From positions 3,011,986 to 3,075,985 of the forward strand of contig OZ242027.1 in the NCBI GenBank assembly GCA_965204865.1: DNA of 64,000 bases, written 5' to 3'. This document shows, piece by piece, positions 62,194 through 64,000 of this stretch. A model generated the notes under the pieces. It saw only the letters and a list, made by a program, of their open reading frames with translations. It searched no databases and was not told where the DNA came from. How positions within the stretch are numbered: position 1 is the stretch's first letter; every line of letters begins with the position of its first letter. The stretch is from Dehalococcoidia bacterium (lineage in GTDB: Bacteria > Chloroflexota > Dehalococcoidia > Lucifugimonadales > UBA3495). The position numbers and the translations under genes are program-made.

Positions 62194-62258
62194 CGACTAT
62201 ATGAAAGGGGCGTCCCACTAGGGGACGCCCCGATGCCTTTCGCCTATCTGTACAGACC

Positions 62259-64000
62259 TTACTGGGTGATGAGGTTGCGGTAGGGTCGCGTCGCCAGGTT
62301 CCAGCTATCGGCGTTGCGGTCGTAGCGGGAGTTGACGAAGACGCGCCAGTTGACGTCGTCCAGGTCCGGGAAGTCGGAGCGGTAGTAGTAGCCAGGCCAG
62401 CGGGTCTCCTCGCGGTAGAGCAGGTGGCGCAGGTGGGCCTCTCCGACCCAGGCGCGATGCACCACCTCCCAGCAGCGCATTAACTCATGGGGTGAACGGG
62501 CCGCCAGGTGTGTCAGGTCCTCGCGCAGCATCTCGATCAGGGCGATGCCGCGCTCCAGGGTCGGGCGGTTGGTGGTGTACCAGGCGGATGCGCCGGCGCC
62601 GTACTCGTCCATGATTTTTTGCAACCGGACCAAGCCCTGCTTCGGGGTCAGGTAGTTGGGATTGATTTCCTCGGCGGTGGTTGCTCCCTTGTGCCGGTCA
62701 TAGGTGGTCAGCGGGGCAAGTATCCTGGCCTGCATCCCCTGCACCTGGTCGCCGGACACCGTGGGGCGGCCGGGGTTGTCGGTCAGGTAGTTGACGGCGG
62801 CCTTGGCGGCGATGCGGCCCTCGGTGAAGGAGCCGGAGGAGAACTTGTGGGGGGCGGCGCCCACGCCGTCGCCGGCGGCGAACAGGCCGCGGATGGTGGT
62901 CATGCGGTTGTAGCCCCAGAAGTAGTCGTCGGAGGCGATGTCCTCCGGGCCGCTGACCCATGCGCCGGCCTCGCCGGAGTGGGAACCCATGATGTAGGGT
63001 TCGGCCAGCACTACCTCGGATGGCGTTTCCTCGGGCGCGATGTTCTGGGCGGCCCAGGTGAGGGCCTGGGAGATGGTCATGTCGAGGAAGTCTTCCCAGG
63101 CCTCGTTGCGGACCTGCTCCATCTTGTCGGGGTCAATGGTGCCGTCTGGACCGGCGGAGAGGGCCTGCATGGCCTGGTCGGTGCGCATATACATCGGGCC
63201 GTAGCCGTCGCGGACGTCGAGGAACATCTGGTGGTTGCGGAGCGGCGTTGGCGTGGGGATGGCCGAGCCGTAGGGCTCGTACTTGTCCAGCTCGGCGGCG
63301 CGGGTGACGGTGTAGTCGTCGCCCAGCGCGTTGAGCACCTTGGCGTGGAAGTACTGGAACCACATTCCCACCGGGCCGTAGCCGTCCTTGAAGCGGGTGG
63401 GGACGAAGCGGTGCTCCATCTGGGTCATCTCGACCCCGGCGGGAATCATCAGGCCATAGGCCGAGCCGGTGGCGAAGACGGAGTACCAGGTGCGGCCCAG
63501 GCCCTCGCTGACGGAGCGGGGGCGGAAGACGTTGGACGCGCCGCCAGTGGTGATGATTACCACCGGCGAGCGGAAGACGTAGAACTTGTTGTCGCGCACC
63601 GAGAATCCTGCGGCGCCGGCAATCTTGCCGGGGTCTTCGTCGTCGGTGAGCAGGTGGGTGATGGCGATGCGCTCGTAGATGTTCTCATCGCCGAGGGCGG
63701 TGCGGGCAGGCTCGGCGGCGATGGGCTTGATGGACTCGCCGTGAATGGGAATCTGCCAGCGGCCGATGCGCTCGTACTGGCCGTTTTCCTGCTTCCAGAT
63801 GGGCAGGCCCCATTCTTCCAGCAGGTGGACGGAGTTGTCCACGTGGCGGCCCACGTCGTATACGAGGTCTTCGCGGGCCAGGCCCATCATGTCGTTGACG
63901 ACGTAGTTGACGAAGTCCTCGGGGGTGTTCCAGCCGTAACGCTGGCCCATGTAGCAGTTGATGGCCGAGAGGCCCTCGCCGGTGGCGCCGCTGCGCTCGA
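62259..64000 (-). CDS. aprA: adenylylsulfate reductase alpha subunit-like flavoprotein (N-terminus outside window)
   Basis: RFVPTRFKDGYGPVGMWF and the C-terminal WPGYYYRSDFPDLDD are AprA-like. The frame stays open to the window edge (ERSGATGEGLSAINCY). Confidence 0.7.
   Translation of the reverse strand, partial: ERSGATGEGLSAINCYMGQRYGWNTPEDFVNYVVNDMMGLAREDLVYDVGRHVDNSVHLLEEWGLPIWKQENGQYERIGRWQIPIHGESIKPIAAEPARTALGDENIYERIAITHLLTDDEDPGKIAGAAGFSVRDNKFYVFRSPVVIITTGGASNVFRPRSVSEGLGRTWYSVFATGSAYGLMIPAGVEMTQMEHRFVPTRFKDGYGPVGMWFQYFHAKVLNALGDDYTVTRAAELDKYEPYGSAIPTPTPLRNHQMFLDVRDGYGPMYMRTDQAMQALSAGPDGTIDPDKMEQVRNEAWEDFLDMTISQALTWAAQNIAPEETPSEVVLAEPYIMGSHSGEAGAWVSGPEDIASDDYFWGYNRMTTIRGLFAAGDGVGAAPHKFSSGSFTEGRIAAKAAVNYLTDNPGRPTVSGDQVQGMQARILAPLTTYDRHKGATTAEEINPNYLTPKQGLVRLQKIMDEYGAGASAWYTTNRPTLERGIALIEMLREDLTHLAARSPHELMRCWEVVHRAWVGEAHLRHLLYREETRWPGYYYRSDFPDLDDVNWRVFVNSRYDRNADSWNLATRPYRNLITQ

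Overview
GC-rich bacterial chromosomal fragment with about 60 protein genes. I found no rRNA, tRNA or CRISPR array. Most genes encode oxidoreductases and hydrolases: a TPP enzyme, a hydantoinase, two GMC oxidoreductases, a P450, an LLM monooxygenase, a flavin halogenase-like protein, an acyl-CoA dehydrogenase, a CoA-transferase, an amidase and a formamidase. Housekeeping blocks are hppA, trpA-aroH-aroG, an otsA-like gene and a partial aprA. Visibly lower-GC islets carry Doc plus antitoxin, Phd/VapC, a DNA methyltransferase-HNH fusion, and a tandem pair of PD-(D/E)xK-like genes.

The strongest observation is that three genes are split in the ORF track by a single in-frame TGA. In each case the TGA sits exactly on a redox-cysteine position. 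One is U-x-x-C in a glutaredoxin-like/DinB fusion; two are C-x-x-U in AhpD/CMD-like proteins. Each TGA is followed 15-21 nt downstream by an mRNA hairpin with a G-rich apical loop. I read these as candidate selenoproteins.

Intergenic space is saturated with modular palindromic repeats. These include REP-like hairpins with compensatory stem variants and several 130-220 bp MITE-like units with terminal inverted repeats. One repeat core is embedded in frame inside a CDS.

Other notable items:
- a 96% identical inverted duplicate of a 120-aa gene, one copy paired with an HTH gene that lacks a canonical start;
- a halogenase-like gene with a PqqD/RRE-like tail;
- a candidate aromatic leader-peptide attenuator upstream of aroG.

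All functional calls come from motif recognition by eye. No database search was run.
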